Below are positions 26,378-35,032 of a DNA stretch of 59,665 nucleotides, piece by piece (the stretch's first letter is position 1; each line of letters opens with the position of its first letter). The stretch comes from Acidimicrobiaceae bacterium. GTDB lineage: Bacteria; Actinomycetota; Acidimicrobiia; Acidimicrobiales; RAAP-2. Position numbers and translations under genes: made by a program. The notes under the pieces are model-generated. The model was given only the letters and a program-made list of their open reading frames with translations, was not told the DNA's origin and did no database searches. The DNA is taken from the NCBI GenBank assembly GCA_003134515.1, contig PLBM01000087.1, positions 3,922-63,586 of the forward strand, given 5' to 3'.

Positions 26378-27609
26378 TAACCGCGCGAGTTGACGAGTTC
26401 GAGCATCTGACGCGACATCTCACTCCACGTGGGCACGCCATCTTTCAGAATGGCTCGGCGAAATGGTTCCGCGAACTGGTTGAAGTTCGTGGCCTGCATA
26501 GAAGTGACGACCGTCGACAAAAAGGTCACGCCAATGGTGATGAACATGATCGAACGAATGAGGTAGCCCAGTCGTTCTCGCTCGTCGTCGCTGATGTTGC
26601 TCAACAGCGGGATAAGGGCTTGGAGTTCGCTGAGTTGATTGAGAATGGCCAAACGCAGTCGTTCACTCTGGGACGCGGCGAGGGCCGTTTCTAAAGTAAA
26701 GCTTTGGCGAACCGAGTTGTTACTACTGGAGGCGCTGTAGAGCAGTTGGGTGATGGAACCCTCTTGTAGCACGTCGACAAAGTCCGACACTCTCATCCAA
26801 CGCGCGCGCATGAGGTCATTGAACGCGGCGATGACGAGGTCCTCCTTGGAGGGGTACAACTTATAGATAGCCCCCGGTGAACAGTTGGCGCGCCGAGCGA
26901 TGCGTGAGATGGTGGCTCTCGTGTAGCCACTCTTTCCGACGACACGGAAGGTGGCGTGGGCCAGTTCCGTTCGTAGATCGTCACCCGGCGGCAGGACGAT
27001 TCCATCGTCGCGATCATGCAGTTGCACCTCGCCGACGTCGCCGGGATCGGTAGTGAGTGTCTCGAACAAGAGCGATTGGAGTACCGCTTGGTAGCTCTGG
27101 TCCTGGCCGAACTGTACGTCGGCGATGATCTGCACAATCATCATGGCAAAAATCGTGATACCGCGAGTGTGGGTAGCACTCACGTCGGGCGACGACAACG
27201 ATTCTCGCTCAAGATAGTTGTGGATGAATGGCTCCACCTCTTCGTGCAAAGTCGGAATACGTCGCGCGGTCAAGAGCAGTCGAATGCTCGCCACGTCCGC
27301 GGGTGTCGTATCGCGCATGAACTCAAAGATCGCGCCGACAGTGTCCGGCTGTTCGGCCGCGCTCATACACAGCTCAAACATCAAGATGGCCCGGGCGCAC
27401 AGCACAGAGTTCCATAGGTCTACGAGAAGTTCGTCGACGTCTTCGTAGCGCGCGTAGGTGGCCCCGTGCGTGAGTCCCGCCCGGTGACCGACATCGCGCA
27501 ACGAGACGTGATCCACCCCGACACGAAGGACTTCGGCGACGCCAGCCTCGAGGATGGCTTCGTCGTTGGCGAGGGCGCGCGAACTACGCGCCCGTTGGCT
27601 ACGGGGCAT
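26374..27609 (-). CDS. TetR-family regulator with two tandem TetR domains
   Basis: HTH1 SLRDVGHRAGLTHGATYARY; HTH2 TISRIARRANCSPGAIYKLYPSKEDL; 411 aa. Confidence 0.85.
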   Translation of the reverse strand: MPRSQRARSSRALANDEAILEAGVAEVLRVGVDHVSLRDVGHRAGLTHGATYARYEDVDELLVDLWNSVLCARAILMFELCMSAAEQPDTVGAIFEFMRDTTPADVASIRLLLTARRIPTLHEEVEPFIHNYLERESLSSPDVSATHTRGITIFAMMIVQIIADVQFGQDQSYQAVLQSLLFETLTTDPGDVGEVQLHDRDDGIVLPPGDDLRTELAHATFRVVGKSGYTRATISRIARRANCSPGAIYKLYPSKEDLVIAAFNDLMRARWMRVSDFVDVLQEGSITQLLYSASSSNNSVRQSFTLETALAASQSERLRLAILNQLSELQALIPLLSNISDDERERLGYLIRSIMFITIGVTFLSTVVTSMQATNFNQFAEPFRRAILKDGVPTWSEMSRQMLELVNSRGY

Positions 27610-27701
27610 ACCAGATTCTACCTTAAATGTTCACCGTATCAACTACTAACTGGCCGGTAACCGAGGTAAAAGGATTCACGGGGGCGTGTCAGATTAGTGA
27701 C

Positions 27702-28520
27702 ATGGAACCCTTTCCGTATATGCCCCTTGACGCCAAGGGCTGGCGTTTGGCGATGGGACTACGCCCTTTGGACCTGGCGACGTGGCTCGAGATCGACGAG
27801 CACTACGTGGAGGAGTTGGCCCTGAAGGACACTCTTCTCAAGAACAGCTTCGACGTCGTCGTAGCGACGAACCCCGAGGGCGACGACGCGAGCCGTGAAC
27901 TCTTGGCGGACGTTAGAGGTTTCCTGGACACGTACCACGAGGGCATCGCTCCGTCGGTGACTGAGGGCGAGCATCCCATTGTGGAAGCCAGCCGCCTCGT
28001 GCAAGAGGATCTGTGCGTCTTGGTGAAGAGCGACGCCTGGCGACTTCGTGCGGCGTGCGTGTGCTTTCCTTCGCGTTGGAACTTGGCGACCAAGATTGGT
28101 ACGACGCTCGATGACATCCACTCTCCGGTGCCTCTCTACGACCAAGTGCTCGCGCGGCCCACGAACGCCTTCTTCGATCGACTCACGCCGGAGCGCTCGT
28201 TCTGGCGACTGAACTGGACGCTGCTCGATAGTCCGGTGCTGCACCAGCCCTTCGGTGCGCGAGCGTCGCCGAGCGGCGGCCTCGCCGATTGGTTCTTTCG
28301 AGTCGAGCGTCAAACGTTGCGTCAACTACCAAAAACCATGGCGATCGTCTTCACCATTCGCACCTACGTCACCTCGGCGGCGTCATTGCGCGAGCGCGAC
28401 GAGACGTTCGTGCCCGCGCTAGTGCAGGCCATGGAGAGCGCGCCTTCGTCGGTGCAGACCTACAAGGGCTGGATGGGCGTCGCGCAACTACTGCGCGACG
28501 CGATTTCTAGGAACGAATGA
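27702..28520 (+). CDS. DUF3445 / haem-dependent oxidative N-demethylase alpha-subunit-like protein
   Basis: MGLRPL...WLE.D, VQEDLC, CFPSRW....KIG..L..IH.PVP, WRLNW, RVERQTL..LP....VFTIRTY. Confidence 0.85.
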   Translation: MEPFPYMPLDAKGWRLAMGLRPLDLATWLEIDEHYVEELALKDTLLKNSFDVVVATNPEGDDASRELLADVRGFLDTYHEGIAPSVTEGEHPIVEASRLVQEDLCVLVKSDAWRLRAACVCFPSRWNLATKIGTTLDDIHSPVPLYDQVLARPTNAFFDRLTPERSFWRLNWTLLDSPVLHQPFGARASPSGGLADWFFRVERQTLRQLPKTMAIVFTIRTYVTSAASLRERDETFVPALVQAMESAPSSVQTYKGWMGVAQLLRDAISRNE

Positions 28521-29721
28521 GGTCCTTCGCGATGGCGATCACCTGCATCTCGTCAGTGCCGGCGTAGATACGCAGCACTCGGGCGTCTCGACTGAGCTGT
28601 TCGACGCGGTATTCGGCGATGTAGCCATTGCCGCCCAAGATCTGGATGGCGTCGTCGGCGACTTGGCACGCGGCCTGCGCGGCGTAGAGCTTCATCGCGG
28701 AGGCTTCGGCGAAGCTCGGCGTGGCGCCGTCGTTCGCGCGCTCGATGTGGGCAAAGACCAAATTGCGCACGTTGACGCGCGCCACCTCCATCTGAGCGAG
28801 CTTGAGTTGAATGAGCTGAAACTCACCGATGGGCGTGCCCCACAGGGTGCGGTGCTTGGCGTAGTCGATGGCCAGGCGCGTGCACTCTTCAATGATGCCC
28901 AGCGACATCGCGGCCACCCCCGCGCGCTCGGCCACGAAGTTGTCCTTGGCGCTTTGACGCCCCCCGCCCTTGGTCTCTTCACTCTCGCCGAGCAGACGCT
29001 CGCGCCCGACGCGCACGTCGCCAAGGAAGATCTCCCCGGTGGGCGAGGCGTGTTGTCCCATCTTTCGCATGGGCTTGGACTGTTCGAGTCCGTCCATACC
29101 CCGATCGAGCACGAAGGTGAGGACCTTGCGCTGGCGGATCTCTTCACCACTGCCGTCGTCGAGCTTGGCGTAGAGCACGATCGTGTCGGCGTAGGGACCG
29201 TTGGTGATCCACGTTTTTTGGCCGTTCAGCACGTAGTCGTCGCCGTCTCGCTGGGCACTGGTGCGCATCCCGCCCAGGGCGTCTGAGCCCGAGTCCGGTT
29301 CGGTGATCGCCCAGGCGCCCACTTTGTCGAGCGTCATCAGGTCGAGGGCCCAGCGCTCCATCTGCGCGGGGGTGCCGAGTTTGTTGATCGTGCCCGCCGC
29401 GAGGCCCGTGGAGACCCCGAGCGAGGTGACCAGACCAGGACTTACGCGGCAGAGTTCGATCGTGGGGATCAACGTGAGGGCCGGGTCGTAGTTTCGACGC
29501 TCGCTCGAGGTTTCGTCGCCGGCGATCTTTCGCTCGAGTTGGCGTTGAAACGACTCCTGGGCCATCGTCCGCAGACCAAAGACCTCGTACATCTTTCGCA
29601 GGATCTCAAAAGGTGGCACACCGTGGTGCTCGAGGTCGTCTAAGTGAGGGCGAATCTCCTCGTCCACAAAGCGACGCACGACGTCGATGAGGGCCCGGTG
29701 CTCCTCGGACCATTCGTACAT
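28507..29721 (-). CDS. Acyl-CoA dehydrogenase
   Basis: AITEPDSGSD, NGQKTWITNG, QILGGNGY, RIYAGTDE. Confidence 0.95.
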   Translation of the reverse strand: MYEWSEEHRALIDVVRRFVDEEIRPHLDDLEHHGVPPFEILRKMYEVFGLRTMAQESFQRQLERKIAGDETSSERRNYDPALTLIPTIELCRVSPGLVTSLGVSTGLAAGTINKLGTPAQMERWALDLMTLDKVGAWAITEPDSGSDALGGMRTSAQRDGDDYVLNGQKTWITNGPYADTIVLYAKLDDGSGEEIRQRKVLTFVLDRGMDGLEQSKPMRKMGQHASPTGEIFLGDVRVGRERLLGESEETKGGGRQSAKDNFVAERAGVAAMSLGIIEECTRLAIDYAKHRTLWGTPIGEFQLIQLKLAQMEVARVNVRNLVFAHIERANDGATPSFAEASAMKLYAAQAACQVADDAIQILGGNGYIAEYRVEQLSRDARVLRIYAGTDEMQVIAIAKDLIRS

Positions 29722-29766
29722 CGTCAGACCCCCGTAGCTCCGTCGTGCGACGACGTCCGAGACATC

Positions 29767-30390
29767 CTACGGGGCACGCGCGTCGTTGATCGAAGAAGGT
29801 CCCTTTAGTTGATCGATGAGCGCACTCGCCCAAAGGGTTTGGGTGAACGCGACGATCATGGGCGCCACGATCAGCCACACGTTCGCGTGCGACGACGCGG
29901 CGAAGACCGCGAGTAAGACCACGTCGGCGATGTTTCGAATGAACGACTGTCGCCCGAGTCGCTGGGCGACGAGGGAACTGACGAGGAGAAAGTTGACCCC
30001 GGGAATGATGGCGTCAATCGACCAGCGGCCCCGAAGTTCCTTGGCGCCAAAGGCGCACGCCACCGATCCGAGCGCGAGCATCGCGACGGCCGTGCCAGTG
30101 GCGATCAGGGCAAACCACTCGGGAGTGGGATGGGCGGTGCCGGGCCAGTGGGCGAGCACGCTGACCAGGAGTCCGAAGCCGCCCACCACACCCACGACGC
30201 CAACGCCGCGCACCCGACCCAGGGCCTGCACCAGACTCAAATTGGTCGCGAGACCCGCCGGCAACCTGGGATCGCCGTAGGGGCGCGTGACCTCGGACCA
30301 TTTTGATCCGGTCCACACGCGCCACTGGCGAGTCCCCGACGGATCGGGGTACCACCCGGCGGGCACGGCGTCAGGCAAAGGCAAACTCAC
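29767..30390 (-). CDS. DUF2510 domain membrane protein
   Basis: PAGWYPDP.G..QWR.W.G..W N-terminus followed by TM helices. Confidence 0.85.
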   Translation of the reverse strand: MSLPLPDAVPAGWYPDPSGTRQWRVWTGSKWSEVTRPYGDPRLPAGLATNLSLVQALGRVRGVGVVGVVGGFGLLVSVLAHWPGTAHPTPEWFALIATGTAVAMLALGSVACAFGAKELRGRWSIDAIIPGVNFLLVSSLVAQRLGRQSFIRNIADVVLLAVFAASSHANVWLIVAPMIVAFTQTLWASALIDQLKGPSSINDARAP

Positions 30391-30402
30391 CGCACCAGCC
30401 TC

Positions 30403-31482
30403 TCATAGCTGAGGTAACAAGGTTCCTTGGGTGGAGCGCGGCGCGGTGAGTGGCACGTCTACGACGGTAGTGACACCGATAGCGGCGCAGCGTTTGGTGC
30501 CACAGGCCACACCGAGCAGCGGCGTGGGCACGTAACGAAGTGTCGCGTTGACCGGCGCGCCGCTGTTCACAGTGGCGAGCCAGGGCGTCGCGTTCGAGCG
30601 CTGGCCCACCACGACGCACGACGTTAGGGTCCAACAGGCCAGTGCGGTCGCGCGTTGGCCGAGCGACACGCTGGTCCACGCTCGAGCGAAAGTGTTGGAA
30701 CGGATCAACTCTGATGAGTGGGCGGTGCTCGCGAGCGCGACGCAGTGAAGTTGCGCACACGACAGTGAGGTCATCGACGTCCACGCGCTCGACGTTGATC
30801 GCTGGTTCCACGTCACGCCGCCGTCGCGCGTGACGTAGAGCACGAACCGGTGATGGGCCGACAGCGCTCCCACGAGGCAGTCAAAGACGGCGCCACAAGC
30901 CAGGGCGGTGATCGTGTCGCCCTTCGCCCAGCTCATGGTCAGTGGGTTCGTCCAGGTCACTCCGTCGTCGGCGCTGAAGCTAAAGCGCGGTACGCCATCG
31001 TGGGCGCTCGTGTCAACGAGCGCGCAGTTGAGCTCACTGCAGTTCAACGCGTTGACGCCGAGCCCCCCAGACGGTGGCGTCGCCGTGCTCACTGCGTGGT
31101 TCGTCGCGTCAAAGCGCCACAGGAGATCGCGACCGGGTTGGGAGCCCCCCGCGAGACAACTGTTGAGTGAACAGGCGATCGAGGTAATTATTGGTGTGGG
31201 CGCGCTGGGGAGCGCGAGGCCCAGCCAGTGTCCGCGTGAGGTACTGAACTCGCCCACGGACGTTGGTCCGACGCTCGCGCTGGACGTGCCGACGGCGACA
31301 CAGACGTTATTGAGGGTACAGCCCACGCTGGAGAGGGGCACCGAGATGCTCAGTGCCGGCGTGCCACTGAGATGCTGACTTGCGGCGGGAGTACTGGCAC
31401 AGCTAGCGAGTAGCAGTGCGCCGGCGCCCAGAATCGCGACCAGTCGAAGCCCATGGCGCACGCGGGTAGGGACTGAACTCAT
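30403..31482 (-). CDS. Lipoprotein with seven paired-Cys repeats and BNR/Asp-box motifs
   Basis: Lipobox LLLASC; seven C-x4/5-C-hydrophobic repeats; SADDGVTW and TRDGGVTW. Confidence 0.75.
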   Translation of the reverse strand: MSSVPTRVRHGLRLVAILGAGALLLASCASTPAASQHLSGTPALSISVPLSSVGCTLNNVCVAVGTSSASVGPTSVGEFSTSRGHWLGLALPSAPTPIITSIACSLNSCLAGGSQPGRDLLWRFDATNHAVSTATPPSGGLGVNALNCSELNCALVDTSAHDGVPRFSFSADDGVTWTNPLTMSWAKGDTITALACGAVFDCLVGALSAHHRFVLYVTRDGGVTWNQRSTSSAWTSMTSLSCAQLHCVALASTAHSSELIRSNTFARAWTSVSLGQRATALACWTLTSCVVVGQRSNATPWLATVNSGAPVNATLRYVPTPLLGVACGTKRCAAIGVTTVVDVPLTAPRSTQGTLLPQL

Positions 31483-31522
31483 GAGCTCTTTGATGATTCC
31501 TCGCCCGTGCGTCGGTGCAGAA

Positions 31523-32860
31523 CTACTGAACGGAACGAACGGCAGCGCCCAGCACACTCAAACCATCGGCGAGCTGTTCGTCACTGATGATCAGCGGAGG
31601 CAAGAGGCGAATGACGTTGCCGTACGTACCGCAGGTTATGGCGATGACGCCGTGTTGCTGGCAGTAACCAACGATCGTCTTGGTGGCCGCGGCGTTGGGC
31701 GTTTTGGTGCCGGGCTCGATCAGCTCAATGGCCACCATTGCCCCACGTCCCCGCACGTCACCGATGATGGCGACGTCTTGCTGGAGTGAGCGCAACGACG
31801 CGAGCATCGAGTCGCCTAGTTCGCGCGCTCGCGCGACGAGATTGTTATCCCTCAAGGTCTTGATCGTGGCCAGCGCCGCCACCGCCGCGACGGGGTTGCC
31901 TCCGTAGGTGCCGCCGAGCCCGCCTTCGTGGACGGCGTTCATGAGATCGGCTCGTCCAGTTACTGCCGCTAAAGGCATGCCGCCCGCCAGACCCTTCGCC
32001 GTGGCGACCAGGTCAGGTACGACGCCCTCGTGATTGACGGCGAACCAGTCGCCGGTGCGACAAAATCCGGTTTGAATCTCGTCGGCGATAAAGACCACGC
32101 CGTGCTCGGTGGTCCACTTCGAAAGGGCCGGGAGGAATCCTTCCGCCGGGACCACGAAGCCACCCTCGCCTTGAATGGGCTCGATCAAGAGGGCCGCGAC
32201 GTTCTTTGCGCCGACGTCGGACTCAATGATGCTGATCGCGAGCGCGGCCGCTTCGGCGCCGCTCAGTCCGTCGTGGTAGGGATAACTCATGGGCACGCGG
32301 TAGATCTCGGGCGCGAATGGTCCGAAACGGTCCTTGTAGGGCATGTTCTTGGCCGTTAGGGCCATGGTCAAGTTGGTCCGGCCGTGATACGCGTGCTCGA
32401 AGACGACGATCGCCGGGCGACCAGTCGCGAGGCGAGCAATTTTGACGGCGTTCTCGATCGCTTCGGCGCCGGAGTTAAAAAGTGCGCTTGTCTTGTCGAA
32501 AGTCCCGGGGGTTAGTTCTGCGAGCTCTTCACAGACCTCTACGTAACTCTCGTACGGCGTGACCATGAAACAAGTGTGGGTGAACTTGGCGACCTGTTCG
32601 CTCACGGCGTCAATGAGCGCCGGTACGGCGTGGCCGATTCCCGTGACCGCGATACCCGATCCGAGGTCGAGGAACTGGTTGCCGTCCACGTCGACGAGGA
32701 TGGCGCCTTCGGCGCGCTCGATATAGACCGGAAAGCCGACGGTGAGTCCCGCACTGACGGCGGCTTTGCGGCGAAGGTGCAACGCTTGGGAGTTGGGTCC
32801 CGGTACTGCGGTGACGACCTTGCGCTGCGTGCCGACCGACGATTCAATTGACGAAACCAT
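31523..32860 (-). CDS. gabT: 4-aminobutyrate--2-oxoglutarate transaminase (class III)
   Basis: FTHTCFMV, NSGAEA.ENAVKIAR, EPIQGEGG, DEIQTGF.RTG, AKGLAGG; AGGAG SD. Confidence 0.92.
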   Translation of the reverse strand: MVSSIESSVGTQRKVVTAVPGPNSQALHLRRKAAVSAGLTVGFPVYIERAEGAILVDVDGNQFLDLGSGIAVTGIGHAVPALIDAVSEQVAKFTHTCFMVTPYESYVEVCEELAELTPGTFDKTSALFNSGAEAIENAVKIARLATGRPAIVVFEHAYHGRTNLTMALTAKNMPYKDRFGPFAPEIYRVPMSYPYHDGLSGAEAAALAISIIESDVGAKNVAALLIEPIQGEGGFVVPAEGFLPALSKWTTEHGVVFIADEIQTGFCRTGDWFAVNHEGVVPDLVATAKGLAGGMPLAAVTGRADLMNAVHEGGLGGTYGGNPVAAVAALATIKTLRDNNLVARARELGDSMLASLRSLQQDVAIIGDVRGRGAMVAIELIEPGTKTPNAAATKTIVGYCQQHGVIAITCGTYGNVIRLLPPLIISDEQLADGLSVLGAAVRSVQ

Positions 32861-32939
32861 GGTGCTCTCCTGGAACAGTTCGACTGAGATCAGACGTTCC
32901 AAGCGTACTGGCGCGACTCGGAGGCGTCACGAAGATGCA

Positions 32940-32967
32940 GAAACGGGTGACCGAAGTCACCCGTTTC
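32940..32967 (-). terminator. Hairpin downstream of tRNA-Ser(CGA)
   Basis: GAAACGGGTGAC-CGAA-GTCACCCGTTTC, perfect 12-bp stem. Confidence 0.75.
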
Positions 32968-32971
32968 ACGC

Positions 32972-33059
32972 TGGCGGAGGAGGTGGGATTTGAACCCACG
33001 GTGCCCGTAGACACAGCAGTTTTCGAGACTGCCCGATTCGGCCGCTCTCGCACCCCTCC
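32972..33059 (-). tRNA. tRNA-Ser(CGA)
   Basis: Reverse complement GGAGGGGTGCGAGAGCGG...GCAGT-CTCGAAA-ACTGC...long variable arm...GGTTCAAATCC...CCA. Confidence 0.96.
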
Positions 33060-33128
33060 GTCGAACAGTCTACAACGCCCTTCGAGAAGGACTTTGGGCG
33101 CGCTCAACGTGTCCTACGATTCGACGTC

Positions 33129-33587
33129 ATGGACAGTGACGACGAACGCTTCATGCGCGACGCGCTCGACGCAGCGCGCCGCGCGGGCGCACACGACGAC
33201 GTCCCAGTCGGCTGCGTGCTCGTCGCAGGCGGAGCGGTCATTGGCGTAGGAGAAAACCGAAGAGAAGTTGACGTCGATCCGACGGCGCACGCCGAGCTCG
33301 TGGCCCTGCGCAGCGCCGCGAGTTCACGGGGTTACTGGCGAATGGACGACGTCACGGCCTACGTCACGTTGGAGCCGTGTGTGATGTGCGCGGGCGCACT
33401 CTTGAACGCGCGCGTCGCCAGAGTGGTCATTGGTGCCGTCGACGAAAAGGCTGGCGCGGTGGGCTCTCGTTACAACCTCTTGAGTGATCCGCGATTATTG
33501 CACGAAGCTTCAATAACCTACGACGTCCTCGCCGAGGAGTCGAGCGAACTTCTGCGCGCGTTTTTTCTGGATCGTCGAATCGAGTAA
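33129..33587 (+). CDS. tadA: tRNA adenosine(34) deaminase
   Basis: DVPVG, DPTAHAE, TLEPCVMCAGA. Confidence 0.95.
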   Translation: MDSDDERFMRDALDAARRAGAHDDVPVGCVLVAGGAVIGVGENRREVDVDPTAHAELVALRSAASSRGYWRMDDVTAYVTLEPCVMCAGALLNARVARVVIGAVDEKAGAVGSRYNLLSDPRLLHEASITYDVLAEESSELLRAFFLDRRIE

Positions 33588-33619
33588 GTCGGTGTGGTGC
33601 GACTCGTTAAGAGTGGCGA

Positions 33620-34597
33620 CTATGAGTTCGTCAATCCCATGAGAGAGGCCATGCCCGACCAATTGGTGATGTCGAGATCGGTGGCGATGAACCTCGCCAG
33701 TCCGGAGCCGCCCGAGCCGTAGGCGGTGCCAAAGAGTACGCCGTTCGCGTGGAACTGTTTGATCGTGACACCGCCGCAACCTCCGGAATCCGCGACGACC
33801 GTGGCGTACGGATTGGTCGCGTCCGGGCGGAAGAACTGAAGGGTCATGGAGGCGCCCACGTCCAAGGGACAACTCATTAGTCCGGGCAACTGCACCGGAA
33901 GTTCGTTGACCTTGGCGCGAAACACGTTGATCGTCGAAAGACTGTCGACCCCGACGGTGGTCACCGTATTGGTTTTGACGTTGAGTCCACGATTCACTGT
34001 CACCATGATTCTTGTTGCGCCGGCGGGCACGATTGAGTACGGAGACTTCTGGGGCGTCCACGACACCATGGCGTCAACACGGAACCCGAGTTGACCCGTG
34101 GGCGTGATCAACATGGAGTATTGGAGCTGCGGGCTCGGGAGAACCGTCGTTCCGTGAAAGGAGAACGAGAGGAACTCTTCGCTGTCGGTGCCGGGTCCGC
34201 TCGAGGAGCCCGAGCCAGCAGTGTGGCCACCTTTGGGCACTTGATTTTTCAGCCAGTTGAGGGCTCGGTTGCCTCCGGGGGCGAGGAAGAATTCGGTCAG
34301 GACCACTTGGTCCGGATTAGTCGGCGTGCCGGGTGCCGAAAAGAGCGCCGTACCGTCCGCCGCAATCCAATGGGCCAGACGGGTAGATCCCGCGGGCAGC
34401 GTCGCCAACCTCAACAATTGGTGTGCCTCGGTCGAGGCGAGCACCTTACGTTGGCTGTTAGTGGGGCCCAACGACGACGCTGTGGCCGGTAGTGAGACGG
34501 CGAAAGTGGCGAACGACACGAGGGCGATCAAGGTGACCAGCCACGCTGCGTTGCCCTTCTCGGACGTATTCCGGAGTCTCGCTGTCAACGGCTTCAC
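33620..34597 (-). CDS. Secreted hypothetical protein (start uncertain)
   Basis: Signal-peptide-like segment ending PATA; two Cys (SCP...GCG) in the C-terminal half. Confidence 0.65.
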   Translation of the reverse strand: MKPLTARLRNTSEKGNAAWLVTLIALVSFATFAVSLPATASSLGPTNSQRKVLASTEAHQLLRLATLPAGSTRLAHWIAADGTALFSAPGTPTNPDQVVLTEFFLAPGGNRALNWLKNQVPKGGHTAGSGSSSGPGTDSEEFLSFSFHGTTVLPSPQLQYSMLITPTGQLGFRVDAMVSWTPQKSPYSIVPAGATRIMVTVNRGLNVKTNTVTTVGVDSLSTINVFRAKVNELPVQLPGLMSCPLDVGASMTLQFFRPDATNPYATVVADSGGCGGVTIKQFHANGVLFGTAYGSGGSGLARFIATDLDITNWSGMASLMGLTNS

Positions 34598-34697
34598 ACC
34601 TTCTATCTGTCCCGACCTCACTATTACTTACCGGTGGTCTCAATGGACGTCAGTCGTTGAACGAAGTTCGACGTCGTCAAGGTGAGGAATTGATGTG

Positions 34698-34785
34698 TGG
34701 CGGAGGAGGTGGGATTTGAACCCACGGAAGGTTTCCCTTCACACGATTTCCAATCGTGCCGATTCGGCCGCTCTCGCACTCCTCC
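34698..34785 (-). tRNA. tRNA-Ser(GGA)
   Basis: Reverse complement GGAGGAGTGCGAGAGCGG...CACGA-TTGGAAA-TCGTG...variable arm...GGTTCAAATCC...CCA. Confidence 0.96.
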
Positions 34786-34871
34786 GAGTGACGGTACTCG
34801 TACCAAGAAATGAATACCGGCTCGCAAGGTTACCCGAGGCCCGTTGAGCCGTACTCCGATAGCCTTGAAAC

Positions 34872-35003
34872 GCCGAGGTTCAAAGCGGTGGTCGGGTCCC
34901 GTGCGACGACCTTTCGTGAACCGAGTCAGGGGTGGAAGCCAGCAGCTCTCAGCGAACTGTGTTGGGTGCCACGGATCGCCTGACCACCGCTTTGGACCTC
35001 GGC
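34872..35003 (+). ncRNA. ffs: Signal recognition particle small RNA (4.5S)
   Basis: Domain IV motif TCAGG-GGT-GGAA-GCC-AGCAGC in a long hairpin; upstream of dnaX; TAGCCT -10 box at 34860-34865. Confidence 0.9.
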
Positions 35004-35032
35004 ACGTTACGTCGCACCGTTAGCATCGGGGC

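Noticed and set aside
27629-27635. GTTCACC PHO-box-like half site near the TetR promoter
   Set aside because: Single copy with no 11-bp-spaced partner repeat.
28507-29721. Acyl-CoA dehydrogenase as methylsuccinyl-CoA dehydrogenase of the ethylmalonyl-CoA pathway
   Set aside because: It is about 8 kb from the cluster and I cannot assign substrate specificity from motifs alone.
32972-34785. 30-bp direct repeat (TGGCGGAGGAGGTGGGATTTGAACCCACGG) flanking tadA and a secreted-protein gene, resembling attL/attR
   Set aside because: Both copies are parts of complete tRNA-Ser genes with different anticodons; isoacceptor similarity explains the match.
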